64,000 nucleotides of DNA from Podarcis vaucheri. Lineage: Eukaryota. The notes under the pieces are model-generated. The model had not been told where the DNA came from. It did no database searches and saw only the letters and a program-made list of their open reading frames with translations. Below, piece after piece: positions 26,601-37,200 of the stretch. Location of the stretch: the NCBI GenBank assembly GCA_965113315.1, contig OZ220370.1; one strand, written 5' to 3'. A program made the translations under genes and the position numbers. Every line of letters starts with the position of its first letter. Positions within the stretch are counted from its first letter, which is position 1.

Positions 26601-29358
26601 TTATTTTGTATTCTTGCCATTGATACAGTTGATGATTGGAATATAAAATACCAAAGGCCATTCTATTATCTTCCCCACCCCGCTGCTGAAAACCGCATTA
26701 ACTCAGAAATCTATTGGGGACTTTATACCAGTAGTGAACAGGGCTCAGAGCTGCAGTCAAACCTCAGTTCCCATACTCCTCCCTTTTGGAACGTTTCGGC
26801 TCCCGAACGCCGAAAACCCAGAAGTAAGAGTTCTGGTTTTCGACCGTTTTTCAGAAGCTGAACGTCCGACGGGGCTTCCGCTTGAGTTCAGGAAGCTCCT
26901 GTGGCCAATCAGAAGCCGTGCCTCAGTTGTCAAACCTTTCGGAAGCCGAACAGGCTTCCGGAATGGATTACGTTTGACAACCAAGGTTTGACTGTATTTC
27001 CCTCTTGCTCATGCAGACCCATGTCTGACATGCATTCATTCCATTTTCTTTTGCCCCTCATTTATCTGTGTCTCTCTTCCCCAACTACATCCTCCTTCTC
27101 ACCTCTTGTTACCCCATGCAGAAATTAGACTGGAAAAATAGCTTCCACTGGCAGCTATGAAACCTTAACTCTCTCCTCATTGTGTCTTCTCACAAAAGTC
27201 TCCCCCCACCCAACAAACACCCATTGCTGAGTGGAAGGGGAGGCAGGATGAAAGTGTAGGCCCTGCTGGCCACATCTGGCCTACAGGCTGCAGCTGCCCC
27301 ACCCCTGCTATAGGTCTTCTGCATGCTATGCCAACTATATGCTTCTCACTTGCCACCCCATTCCAACAGTTTGTTTTAATCTTTTAAGTTAATCTTAGCA
27401 TTTGAGTTTGGTTACTCTACAAAAGCAATTAGACTAAGGATGCTCAGTGGGACTGAGTAAACATGCATAAGATTGGGCTGTTCCTCATTTGGAGCTTTTT
27501 TTCCTCCAAGCTAATGGTAATTATATGCCTGGTATTGCTAAGTGAAATACATTTCAATTGCTCTGCTGTTTTTCCTTTATTATTGAAGGCTGGCAAGTTA
27601 TGGATGTTGGGTTGGATCTAGATTTCCCTGGAGCAGAGTTCTGCTTCAAGGACGCTCTGCTGGAGGAAAGGGACTAGGAATTTATTTTGTCAATTTCTTC
27701 TTCCTCTTGAAAAACTGTTCCAGAGGATTGGGGGACCCTCTGGAACTATGTTGTAAGTATAGTGGTACGTCAGGTTACGAAGTTAATTCATTCCGGAGGT
27801 CCGTTCTTAACCTGAAACCGTTTTTAACCTGAGGTACCACTTTAGCTAATGGGGTCTCACACTGCCGCCGCGCTGCCACTGCACGATTTCTGTTCTCATC
27901 CTGGGGCAAAGTTTTTAACCTGAGGTACTACTTCCAGGTTAGCGGAGTTTGTAACCCAAAGTGTTTGTAACCCGAGGTGTTTGTAACCCAAGGTACTACT
28001 GTAGTTCTTGGAGCTGAAGAGGGAATTGATGAAAATTGGCTTCCCTCTGCTGGAATGGTAGTTCTTCCATTAACAGACAGAGCCTTTTTTCTGTTTGCAG
28101 AAGGGCATGTCTGAACATCTTTTTATGGCTGTTGGAAGTTTACATATACTGGTCCAGAATATGCAATAGCACTATGTTCTCTTTGACTGCATTCTGTCAG
28201 TGTTGAGATTTCTTACTGCTTTCTGACATATTATACAATAATTGACACTGTGCTTAATTACAAAATGCAATGTTAGAAGTGTGGAGAGGTGCAAAGAAGA
28301 GCTAATTTGTCCATGGCTAGGGGCACAATTTGGACGGGGCGCAAGATCACCTAGCTATGGGTCTGGTGGTAGAGCATCTGCTCTGCATCCAGGACATCCC
28401 TGATTCAGCATCTCAGGGTACTGCTGGCAAAGGCTACTGGTTTGAAACCCTAGAAAGCAGCTGTATATCAGTGTACACAGTACTGAGCTAGACGGACCAG
28501 TGGTCTGACTTGGCATAACAAGACAGTTATGTATGTTCTTATTTTATTTTATATTTTGTGAGTGTAGATTTACTTATAACCAGTCCCTTAAGCGACTGAA
28601 ATGTTTTTAACATCCAGTTCAAATCCTTTTCTTTGTATTAAACTAATACAAAAGCACAAAATTTAACTAATTATGTTTTGTTGAATTGTATGAGGTACTG
28701 AGGAAGGCAAGAGAGCATTTTTAGAAGGCACCCTTGCACTCTCTTTGTAGACACATTCATTTGCAAGTAAGCCCCATTGACTTCAGTGGTACTGGTTGGC
28801 TTGTAGATAAAGTCTTTAACATTTCAGCTGTCTTTCAGCTGTTTCACTTGTTTCTTAATTTTAGCCTTACGCCTGAGATTGTCAGTACACCATCTTCCCC
28901 AGAGGAAGAAGAAAAATCCTTCCTTGATGCTGTGGTTCTGATCGATGACGCTGTGCCAACAACTAAGATTCAGATTAGGCTAGCAGATGGAAGTCGTTTA
29001 ATACAAAGATTTAATCATACCCATAGGTAAGCTTAACTGTACTGAAACATTGGATCTTAGTTCCAGATTATCATAACTTGTCATCTGAAGGTTATTGCCA
29101 GTATTTGGAGCTGATGAGTGGTTTGTTTTTAAAGTGCACAGCATATTGTATTGATCCAAAGACTAAAATATACATTGTTATACTTTTGTCAATAGGATTA
29201 TAGATATTCGGAACTTTATTATCCAGTCTCGCCCTTTGTTTGCCACCACTGACTTTGTGCTTCTGACTACATTTCCACACAAAGAGCTTACAGATGAAAG
29301 CCTGACACTACAAGAATCAGATATTCTGAACACTGTGATTCTTCAGCAACTAAAGTAA
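14189..29358 (+). CDS. UBXN2B: UBX domain-containing protein 2B (p37, p97/VCP cofactor), whole spliced CDS: join(14189..14344,16764..16867,17424..17474,19850..20015,22907..22993,24563..24672,26421..26558,28865..29026,29196..29358), 1137 nt, 378 aa
   Basis: Exons join in frame at GT-AG junctions. The translation contains [43 protein letters not shown], the SEP domain [14 protein letters not shown]...RGEIP, the SHP box [13 protein letters not shown] and the UBX domain [19 protein letters not shown]...[10 protein letters not shown]. It lies next to CYP7A1, as in amniotes. Confidence 0.96.
15496..15643 (+). mobile_element. tRNA-Lys(CTT)-derived SINE with CR1-type tail
   Basis: Head TAGCTCAGTCAGTAGAGCATGAGACTCTTAATCTCAGGG...TTCGAGCCCCAC, then GCAGGGGGTTGGACTAGA...ATGATTCTAT, shared with the CR1 end at 6781. 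Confidence 0.8.
16039..16361. mobile_element. Tc1/mariner-type MITE family B
   Basis: TIR CAGTGGTGCCCCGCAAGACG...CTTGCGAGGCACCACTG; TA TSD. Confidence 0.85.
16764..16867 (+). CDS. UBXN2B: UBXN2B exon 2 ([14 protein letters not shown]...RLPVQ)
   Basis: tag|CTG acceptor, AAG|GTAAAT donor; 104 nt; continues RDLQ|LALA. Confidence 0.93.
17424..17474 (+). CDS. UBXN2B: UBXN2B exon 3, 51-nt frame-preserving exon ([17 protein letters not shown])
   Basis: ttcttcag|A acceptor with ctgac branch-like motif, AAG|GTACCA donor; phase 2-2 and open. Resembles the segment before QRFY in bird UBXN2B and in NSFL1C (recalled). Confidence 0.75.
17606..17830 (+). mobile_element. MITE family A
   Basis: TIR CAGTGGTACCTCGGGTTA...TAACCCGAGGTACCACTG. 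Confidence 0.88.
19850..20015 (+). CDS. UBXN2B: UBXN2B exon 4 ([10 protein letters not shown]...GDCHKAK)
   Basis: Inside ORF 19815..20063; aag|A acceptor, AAA|GTAAGT donor; 166 nt. Confidence 0.93.
20254..20599 (+). mobile_element. Sauria SINE
   Basis: tRNA-like head, BovB-like tail and (ACCTTT)n; TSD TAA(C/A)GCTAGATG at 20242-20253 and 20600-20611. Confidence 0.9.
21140..22403 (-). mobile_element. BovB LINE, 5'-truncated, with an uninterrupted 412-aa RT ORF, in UBXN2B intron 4
   Basis: ORF 21145..22383 contains [29 protein letters not shown] and YADD; TSD TGTCTGCTT at 21131-21139 and 22404-22412. Confidence 0.97.
22907..22993 (+). CDS. UBXN2B: UBXN2B exon 5 ([10 protein letters not shown]...GENQFGQD)
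   Basis: tattag|TCA acceptor, GAT|GTAAGT donor; 87 nt. Confidence 0.95.
23419..23667. mobile_element. hAT (Charlie-like) MITE
   Basis: CAGGGGTCAGCAAAC...GTTTGCCTCCCCATG; perfect 8-bp TSD CTCTAACT. Confidence 0.85.
24191..24444. mobile_element. Tc1/mariner-type MITE family C
   Basis: CAGTGGTACCTTGG...TCGAGGTATGACTG with TA flanks; internal CCCGGAAGTAA/TTACTTCCGGG inverted repeat. Confidence 0.8.
24563..24672 (+). CDS. UBXN2B: UBXN2B exon 6, SEP domain ([20 protein letters not shown]...ESVKRG)
   Basis: catag|GTT acceptor, AGG|GTAAGT donor; 110 nt. Confidence 0.96.
25070..25389. mobile_element. hAT (Charlie-like) MITE
   Basis: CAGAGGTTGGGAAAC...GTTCCCCATTCCTG; TSD CACTAGG(G/T). Confidence 0.7.
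26421..26558 (+). CDS. UBXN2B: UBXN2B exon 7 ([13 protein letters not shown]...[12 protein letters not shown])
   Basis: Inside ORF 26404..26592; ttaag|A acceptor, AAG|GTTAAT donor; 138 nt. Confidence 0.96.
26754..26994. mobile_element. Tc1/mariner-type MITE family D
   Basis: TIR CAGTCAAACCTCAGTT...AACCAAGGTTTGACTG followed by TA. Confidence 0.78.
27760..28001 (-). mobile_element. MITE family A (reverse orientation)
   Basis: Reverse complement of the copies at 5821 and 17606; TA flanks. Confidence 0.82.
28865..29026 (+). CDS. UBXN2B: UBXN2B exon 8 ([12 protein letters not shown]...IQRFNHTH)
   Basis: ttag|C acceptor, TAG|GTAAGC donor; 162 nt; first half of the UBX domain. Confidence 0.96.
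29196..29358 (+). CDS. UBXN2B: UBXN2B exon 9, last coding exon ([13 protein letters not shown]...TVILQQLK*)
   Basis: aatag|G acceptor; TAA at 29356-29358. Confidence 0.96.
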
Positions 29359-30477
29359 ATCTTGAGCCTTTCAGTGCAATATCGCTTCTGTGAATGGATA
29401 ATGTTGCATATTGTTCCTCAAAAATGCTTCCAAGGAGAAAGGGGGGGAAATGACAGAGAGAAACTAACCGTTTCCCACTTTAATGGATCAATTGGCATTT
29501 AGTGCTGTTCTGTCTTCCAGCGATAATTCGTCTGAATTGGAATTCAGAGATATGCTAATAAATATTAATTGATTTTTGTATTCTTTCAAAACAGCCTGTA
29601 TAAACTGGTGTGAATTCAAGTACTTCTTTTATTGGGTGGGGGTGAGGTGAGGGTTGGGGGTAATTTATAAGGGTGCAGAAGCCATTTTCGTAGAAAGAGA
29701 AAGGGCCTCTTTTCTGGTAAGACTTGAACTGTGGAAGAATTTTATGCTGCATCAGCCAACAGCCATTAAGAATTTAGGGTTGCAATCCTATGCTCCTTTA
29801 TTTGAGAGTAAGCTCATTAATCTCATTGGGATTTTCCTCTGAATAGACACTAACAGGATTGCACTATTTTATCAGCTGAGATATGTGTATGCCCCAACAT
29901 ATGAAATATTCTGTTATATAGGTTGTCTTCCACATATCTAGCATAATATAAACACATTCTTTAATCTAGTGCTAGTGAGATATTTGGCCTGTTGCGCAGC
30001 TCTTATGTCTGGGAATTCAACAATATATGGTGGGACACCACTGTCTCTGCTTAAATAGAAGTCCAATTTGCACCTTATCGTATTCAAATATCTGGCCAAT
30101 ATGTTGCTTAAAGTAACTTAAAGTTTTAACATAAAGACAATTAGACCGATATCATTTCTATACAGATTGTTAATAGTTGGCTTAATTTGAATCATGAGAC
30201 TCTTTTTAGAAAAGTAGTCTTTTTGGAGAACCTTTAGCTATATATCTCATGCTCAGTATTATTTGAATGATGAAAAATGGCACTTCCAGTATAGCTTGTT
30301 GCTGTTTTTCAAAGCAAAAATGAAGAAGGGGGATACATGAAGAGAAGTGTGTCTTACGTCAAAATTGGTGTGTGGGTTTTTTTTAACTATAAATATTTTT
30401 TCTGACTAATTTTGTGTTGGTCAACCATGTTTTTTCCCCCTTTTGATCTGTATAGCAGCTTCCCTTGAAATTCACAC

Positions 30478-30480
<3 letters not shown>

Positions 30481-30520
<40 letters not shown>
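30481..30520. repeat. (TA)n microsatellite in the probable UBXN2B 3' UTR
   Basis: Seen directly. Confidence 0.95.
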
Positions 30521-30523
<3 letters not shown>

Positions 30524-30641
30524 TTGAGAGTTACAAACATTTCAAACAAATATTTGAAAAGGTTTAGTAGAACTTGGGGGAAGATTTTGTAAATCTAATG
30601 TCTGCATGATTGAACCAATTGCAAATTCTCCTGTGGTAATC

Positions 30642-30647
30642 AATAAA
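30642..30647 (+). terminator. UBXN2B: Candidate UBXN2B polyadenylation signal AATAAA
   Basis: AATAAA ~1.3 kb after the stop, followed by T-rich sequence. Confidence 0.45.
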
Positions 30648-31789
30648 AAGAACGTTTTAACTATATGGCTTCTACATGTTTTTTATATTTCATTTTCTTA
30701 TTTAAAAAAAGTGGAAATGTGCCTGTGTCTGAGTATGTGCCTGCTTTGAATCTGAGGAACAGGTAAGTGGAACCACAAGACAGCTAATGGGTTTTAAGTT
30801 AACTTTTTGAAGACAATGGTACTTGAGTGTATCCCATTGTAACCCAAGTGTTACCATTCAGATGAACTAGGTACATGCCCAAGATTCCATGCCCCAGGAC
30901 CTGACACAAGGGTAGGACAATATTGTGTGATTGTGTGTGTAGAGGTCTGACGCTTTGTGCTGCTGCTGCTGCTCCTAACATCTCCAAGTAAGATCTATTT
31001 TACTCCCTCTTCTGCCCATCCTCAGCCTACTGGTGCTTCTAAAGTGGGTAGAACCACCACCTCTCCCTTTTGCAATTCAAATTCCAGCCTTGGGGCTTTC
31101 TGAGGTACTTAGAATACAGCCCAGGTGCAGACACTTATAGGCTTGTGCTGTAATGTGATTGAGAGGAAAAGAAAGCAATGTTTTCAAATGGCTGCTTGTG
31201 AGGTGGAACTGAAGATAAATTTGGGTGGGATTCCTTAACTAACAAAGTGTCTGTTTCAATTGGGGTATATTAAAACATTTTTTTTAAAGCCCCATGCTAA
31301 CTTGAGTAGGCATGGCCTGTAAAATGTTAGCAACAAGCTCGTTAACTTTTCAAACAGTAAAGCGGTGAAAACCAGTCATACTGGAGAATAGTCCCTTTAA
31401 CTTTCCCTTTAAATTTTCGTCTCCACTCAAAGGCAGGTTAGGAGAAAGAAGCTTTTGTAAAGGGATGCAAACAGGTAAAAGCAGACAGGACAGAAGCACC
31501 TTTAACATTTCATTTCTACTACAAGCCAAGCTGTGTGGTGAAGGCTGGAGATGGAGGACAGTGCAGGTAAAGTAAAGTTTTTGCTTTACATTAACCAAAA
31601 CAAAATCTGTTTTTCTAAGTCACTCACTAGATATTTTATTAATGTATTCATTTTGTTTAAATAAAAATAAGTGTGGTCTTCTTGGTTTAGCAGCCAGCAA
31701 GCTTCTCAAGAAGTCCTTACCTTGAAATAACCCTTGAGGCCTAACTTCCTACCTTTCTCGCTTACCAAAAGGGAACTTTACCTCATATG

Positions 31790-32228
31790 CCTTAAAGCAT
31801 TTCTCCCACAGAGAGCCTCAAGGTCCATAAATAGCAACACCCTAGTGGTCCCGGGCCCTAAGGAAGTTGGATTAGCTTCAACCAGGGCCTTTTCAACTCT
31901 GGCTCCAGCCTGGTGGAACTCTCTGCCTCATGAGACCAGGGCCCTGCAGGATCTGATTTCTTTCCGCAGGGCCTGTAAGACAGAGTTGTTCCGCCTGGCC
32001 TTTGGCTTGGAGCCAATTTGATTCCCTCCCTCTCTTTCTTTTTTCTTTTCCTTCTCCTCCTGCGATGAGGCATTTTAATATTTTAATGTTTTAATATTTT
32101 AATGTATTTTAATTTTGTTTTAAGTTGTAATCATTCAACTTGTTTTTATTATTGCTTGTTAGCCGCCCTGAGCCCGGCCTTGGCTGGGGAGGGCGGGGTA
32201 TAAAAAAAATATTATTATAATTATTATA
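31790..32228 (+). mobile_element. L2-clade LINE 3' end
   Basis: ORF 31734..32021 ends RAFSTLAPAWWNSLP...SFRRACKTELFRLAF; 3' UTR with GCCGCCCTGAG...GGGCGGGGTATAA and a TAT-rich tail. Confidence 0.85.
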
Positions 32229-33367
32229 AATTCATTTTGAGAGAATATCTTCATTATCAATTATTGTAAGGCCTTTTGTTTTGGTCAAATACCAAAATTA
32301 GAAATAATCCAAATTACAGCATTTGTGACTTGCAGAATTTGGTGTTCATGATTTCTTCTGAGCTAAACCTGGAGAAGATTAACTGATAAATCAGTTAGTC
32401 AGGGATAGGAATTGTTAAGTAGCATTGGTCCCATGATTAACCAGTACTGCTTTACTTGGATTTAAGCCAATCTACATAAAAAGGTGATATCCAGCTTGGA
32501 GGCTGTTTTCAACCTTTAGTCTCTTGCAAAACCATTGATGTAGAAGAACACAGTGGTTAGTGCAATGAGCATAAAAAAGTAAACAGAATTAACTTTAAAT
32601 TAGGCAGGCTTTTTGGATAAGAAGGATATTTCAGCTGAATTCTTGCTAATTATTTAACAACTTCAGTAGAATGTTGCATATTACTATCAATTTCAGTTTT
32701 TAATAAAGTTGATTTAGCATTCTCCCCTGTCCAAGGGGCCTCTTTGACAGCTGTGTCACTGTGATTTCTTATTCCTGCCACAGTGCTACAGTGACATGAG
32801 AAGTTACGTCAGCTGATCACCTCTCTGCCAAACACCTATTAACCATGAAACTCTTTAAAGCCACTGTCTGGGTACTTTAAAGAAGCTGCCTACTAATGAT
32901 GGGATATCATATGTGGCAAGTATGACTCTATTGGTGCTCATTCAAAAACATCCAGGAACTTAAGCTTGTGCTTTAAGATTGTACATGAAGCGCATACACA
33001 GGAATAAATAGCACGAGAGAGAGAGGGGGGGAGAGGGAGCAATGCTTATAATTTCCTGCATGTCACTCCTCCTTGATATTATTAGGTGACATGAAATGGC
33101 AGAATTCATAATCACATTGGTGTGGTGCAAGATACAACACAGATTACTTAAATGCTTTTGATACTAGGAAAATTCATGAGGAATTTAAAACATTTTAGCA
33201 ATCCTTATATTCTCCAGTCCCTAGAAATTAATCTGACACACAAAAAAACTTATATCTGTTACTATCTACAAAACAAAATATCTTCCTAAATTCTAGAATT
33301 ACTGAAGATGAAATCAATAAAACTTGTGATATGAGATCATCTCAAATAATTTACAAAATTGTTGCCA

Positions 33368-34005
33368 ACTCTTATAGACCAATCAATTTGTTAAATCAAG
33401 ATTAAAAAAATTCATAGCTGTACAGTCATATCTCACGTTACGTCCGCTTCAGTTTGCGTGTTTTCGTCTTGTGTCCCGCAGCAACCCCGAAGTACCGGAA
33501 TGGGTTACTTCCAGGTTTCGCCGCATGTGCAGAAGTGCCAAATCACACTGCGCACCTGCACACATGCGGTGCTTCGAGTTGCAGGCTTTTCATGTTACGG
33601 ATGGGTTTCCAGAACGGATCCCATCCGTAAGACAAGGTACCACTGTACTTGCTAATCACTTGAGTACAATCCTACCATCATTGGCCCATCAAGATCAAGT
33701 GTGGTACATTAAGGGTAGGCAAATATCAGATCCAATTCACAGACTATTAAATATTATATGGCATAGCAAACAACATGGAATACCTTTAGCTATTTTAAAA
33801 TCACTGTAGATGCATTGAAAGCTTTTGATTCATTAAACTGGTCTTTTAAACTGCAGCATTAGAACAGTTTCATTTTAGAAGTATATTCTTAAAGACTATT
33901 CACAAAGTATATTATAAAAGCATAGCCAGCATTAGACTAAATGCCTTTGAAAATGGCTACATTAAAATTGGAAGAGGTACTAAACCAGACTGTCATCTTC
34001 CTATG
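33368..34005 (+). mobile_element. Decayed L1/Tx1-type RT relic split by a MITE
   Basis: SYRPINLLNQD...[MITE]...VLANHLSTILPSLAHQDQVWYIKGRQISD...DALKAFDSLNWSF...RGTKPDC. Confidence 0.7.
33423..33645. mobile_element. MITE family C (opposite orientation to 24191)
   Basis: TA-CAGTCATATCTC...CAAGGTACCACTG-TA. Confidence 0.78.
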
Positions 34006-34080
34006 GAACCTCTGGCAACAGCAGTGAGGTTTCATAGTAAGAATTCAGGCATTAAGTGTTCTGAAATGGTTGGTGTACAA

Positions 34081-34423
34081 CAGGGATGTCCAACTGGTCG
34101 ACCGTGATTGACTGGACAATCCCCGGATGACGATTGCAGTTGATCGTAGGATCCCTATTGATCTGCAATAGTGATAAGCAGCGGAGTTTAAGTGCCTCCC
34201 CCCGGCGTCAGTCTTTTCCTCCGTTGTTTCAAATGGGTGTTTTGCCAAGTAGTTTGAAAATGAAAATAGTCGTTACTGTTGCATCTTTTTTTTTTAGGCG
34301 AGCAATGTCTCCCCCCCCCTTGTAAAAAAAAAAGCTCCTTCTCCCTAAAAAAAAGCACAACAACTTAATGGGTAGATCACTACTAGGAGTAGATTGCAGT
34401 CTTTTGAGAGTTGGATGTGCCTG
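34081..34423. mobile_element. hAT-type non-autonomous element
   Basis: TIR CAGGGATGTCCAACT / AGTTGGATGTGCCTG; perfect 8-bp TSD GTGTACAA. Confidence 0.85.
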
Positions 34424-35312
34424 GTGTACAACATAAAAGTTTGTTTGCAGTTTATGTAGCTCTTTTGATTTCAGATCCAATTTCATCCATCGCTAAGATT
34501 AAAACTTTATTAATTCAATATGGACATCTATCTGGTTTCTGAGTCAAATACTCTAAAGTACATACTGACAATGTAAGCATTACATTCTAAGAATTCCTCC
34601 ATTTCAATCACCTGGCAACTACGTGTGGCTCAATAATCAAGGTCTTTTTATATCTGTAAGGTGTTGCTTATATCTCTATTTCTTAACGTAATATATTTTG
34701 TACTGTAATATTTCTGGGCATCTATTTAATGGAAATGACTTCTGTTGTTCAAAGGTTCAAGGATAATTGATGGTTCCATTTACTATACAAGTGATTAAAG
34801 ATACCTGGAGTACTGAAGGCCCTTGACCAGTGCTAGTCAAGGCTATATTTTCAAGGCTGACTGTTTATACTCAAGGCTGACTGCTTATCAGCTAGCTACT
34901 TACAATACAACTTATCTGGTATATTGTAAAATACGTGTTCTTCTGTAAAGCTGATGTTGATAGCCTGAGGCTCAAACTACACATGACACGGTGGCAGATC
35001 TCTGTGTTCAAACTTGAATCTGCCCCAAGCACATAGAAAGCAGAGTTGGGAGAAAAAGCAATGGGGCCTTCCTCACCTGAGGCCTCACATGTCTGATCCC
35101 AGAAGTGAATAAATCTGGGATAAAAGCACATAGGCAGAGGAGCTGCAGAGGCTTAAGCAGCAAGCAAGGAGAGTGTTCCTCACATTTCACCCACAATCCC
35201 CCTTTCTGCTCTTTAAATTGGGCTGCCTATGCCATTGCAATAGATTCAGGTTAAAAGCATGTGTAGTTTGAGCCCGAGTTAGGGTGGTGTAGTGGACAGG
35301 GTGTTAAATGTA

Positions 35313-35553
35313 CAGCCGTACCTTGGTAGTCAAACGCCTCAGTTGTCAAACAAATTGGCTCCCAACGTTGCAAACCAGAAGTGAATGTTCCGGTTTGTGA
35401 ACGTTTTTGGAAGCTGAATATCCGACGTGGCTTATGCAGCTTCTGATTGGCTGCAGGAAGCTCCTGTGCCTTGGTTTTCGGACCGTTTCAGACCGTTTCG
35501 GGAGTCGAACAGACTCCCAGAATGGATTAAATTCGAGAACCAATGCACAACTG
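35313..35553. mobile_element. MITE family D-related
   Basis: TA-CAGCCGTACCTTGG...; interior similar to the copy at 26754. Confidence 0.65.
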
Positions 35554-35649
35554 AACCCGTGATGTGAAATGACAAAGAAAGCTAGAGTACTTGGTTTTAA
35601 AGGAGAATGTAAGAACAGTAAGCTGTTGGAATGGAGAGAATCTTTTGGA

Positions 35650-35843
35650 CAGGGCCATCCCAATACATTTTGGCACCTGAGGCAGACCACAAAATAGTGC
35701 CCCCCTTCCCAACAGGGAAGAAGGGTTGAGGGAAAATACACCAGGAACAAGCAGGGAAAGATCTACATTGGGATCTGCTGCCCCTGTGGATTCTGCTGCC
35801 TGAGGTGGTCGCCTCACCTTGCCTCCTAAGTGGGCCGGCCCTG
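35650..35843. mobile_element. Old hAT-like MITE (CAGGGCC...GGCCCTG)
   Basis: Short TIR; inverted relative of the copy at 63228-63402. Confidence 0.6.
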
Positions 35844-36924
35844 CATTTGTTCCAAAGTCTGTGACAGGGTGTGGAATCGTTTTCAGCCAAAGGCCCACAG
35901 CCCCTCCTGGGGAAGCTTCTGGGAGCTGCATAGGTAGGCAAGGTCAGAGGCAAAAGTGGGTGGAGCAGTAGCCTTTATTCTGGTCATCCTAAAGTCAGAG
36001 GTTTCAGCACATCCAGCCATGCCTGGATCACATGGAGATCCAGGCATGCAAAAGGCATTATCACAGTTCAGGAGCATAACCCAGCCAAGCAAAATACACA
36101 AGGAAGGTGTGAAGCAGGGCCAGCAGTCTGGTGTGGCCTGAGTGGGAGAGAGTCTGCAGTGAGTCCCCTGAGCTGGCTAGAGAGCCCTGGAGGGTCATGT
36201 ATGGCCCTAAGGCCTGAGGTTCCCCACCCCTGACATATAGGAAGAGCAGGGAAAATGTACTGGGTCTACATATACTACAAATTGTTCCTGGGATGGGAGA
36301 GGCTGTCCCCTTTAGTTCAGGCACTGGGGACTTCAAGGTTGGATTATTGCAATGCACTGTGTGTAGGGCTTCCCTTTCACTTGGCCTGCAAACCCCAGTT
36401 AGGGCAGAATGCTGCAGCCCAGTGCCAGGCCTAATTTAGTGTGTGGGGTGGAGGTTCCCATTGCTGATTGAAATAAAACAAGGTAGGGTGCTTTAACTTT
36501 TCCACCACAGGACATTTCAAAAGTTGCCTGGGCACACGCCATTCAGCCACTGTAAAAAGGCAGTGTTTCCTGAGTTCAGATTTTTTCTGGAAAATGTTTG
36601 CATACTGTATGTCCCAATTCTCTTGAAGAAGCAATGAGCACAGAGATGGCTTTAATGTTTGCTAGTCATACTTGCCATGTAGTGTATGCATTCAGATAAA
36701 GACTGCTTGATAGAACACCTGCATAGAACAAACTTGCAAAAGGCATGTTCCAAGTTTTCACACTGTGTGTGCTCTGAGGCAGTTCTTGTAGCCTGTTTAC
36801 TGTGCTGAAGTCCACAGGGGGTTGGATGGATTGCGCTCCTTCTCACTGCACATAGGTCCCGAGCACCTAAGTTCCCCACTGTGTGGTCACAGGAAGGTCA
36901 TGAGATAGCAAAGTTGGTGGAGCA

Positions 36925-37052
36925 TTAGAACATGGGACTCTTACAGTTGTGGGTTCGAGCCCCACATAGGGCAAAAGATTCCTGCACTGCAGGGAATTGG
37001 ACTAGATGACCCTTGTGGCTTCTTCCAACTCTACAATTCTGCGATTCTATGA
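36925..37052 (+). mobile_element. tRNA-Lys/CR1-tail SINE, partial
   Basis: GGGTTCGAGCCCCAC...GATTCCTGCACTGCAGGG...ATTCTATGA. Confidence 0.75.
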
Positions 37053-37161
37053 GGAGGTCTCTAGCCAATCAAAACTCAAGGCCAGGTGACAGAGCTGACC
37101 CTCGTCAAAAATGGTTGTGATGTTTCCCAGGAAATGTAAATTTAGATTTAATCCCAATTAT

Positions 37162-37200
37162 GAAGAGTTGGACACGACTAAACGACTAAACAACAACAAC
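37162..37200 (+). mobile_element. Very short BovB 3'-end insertion
   Basis: GAAGAGTTGGACACGACTAAACGACTAAACAACAACAAC, matching the 3' termini of the two BovB copies. Confidence 0.75.
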
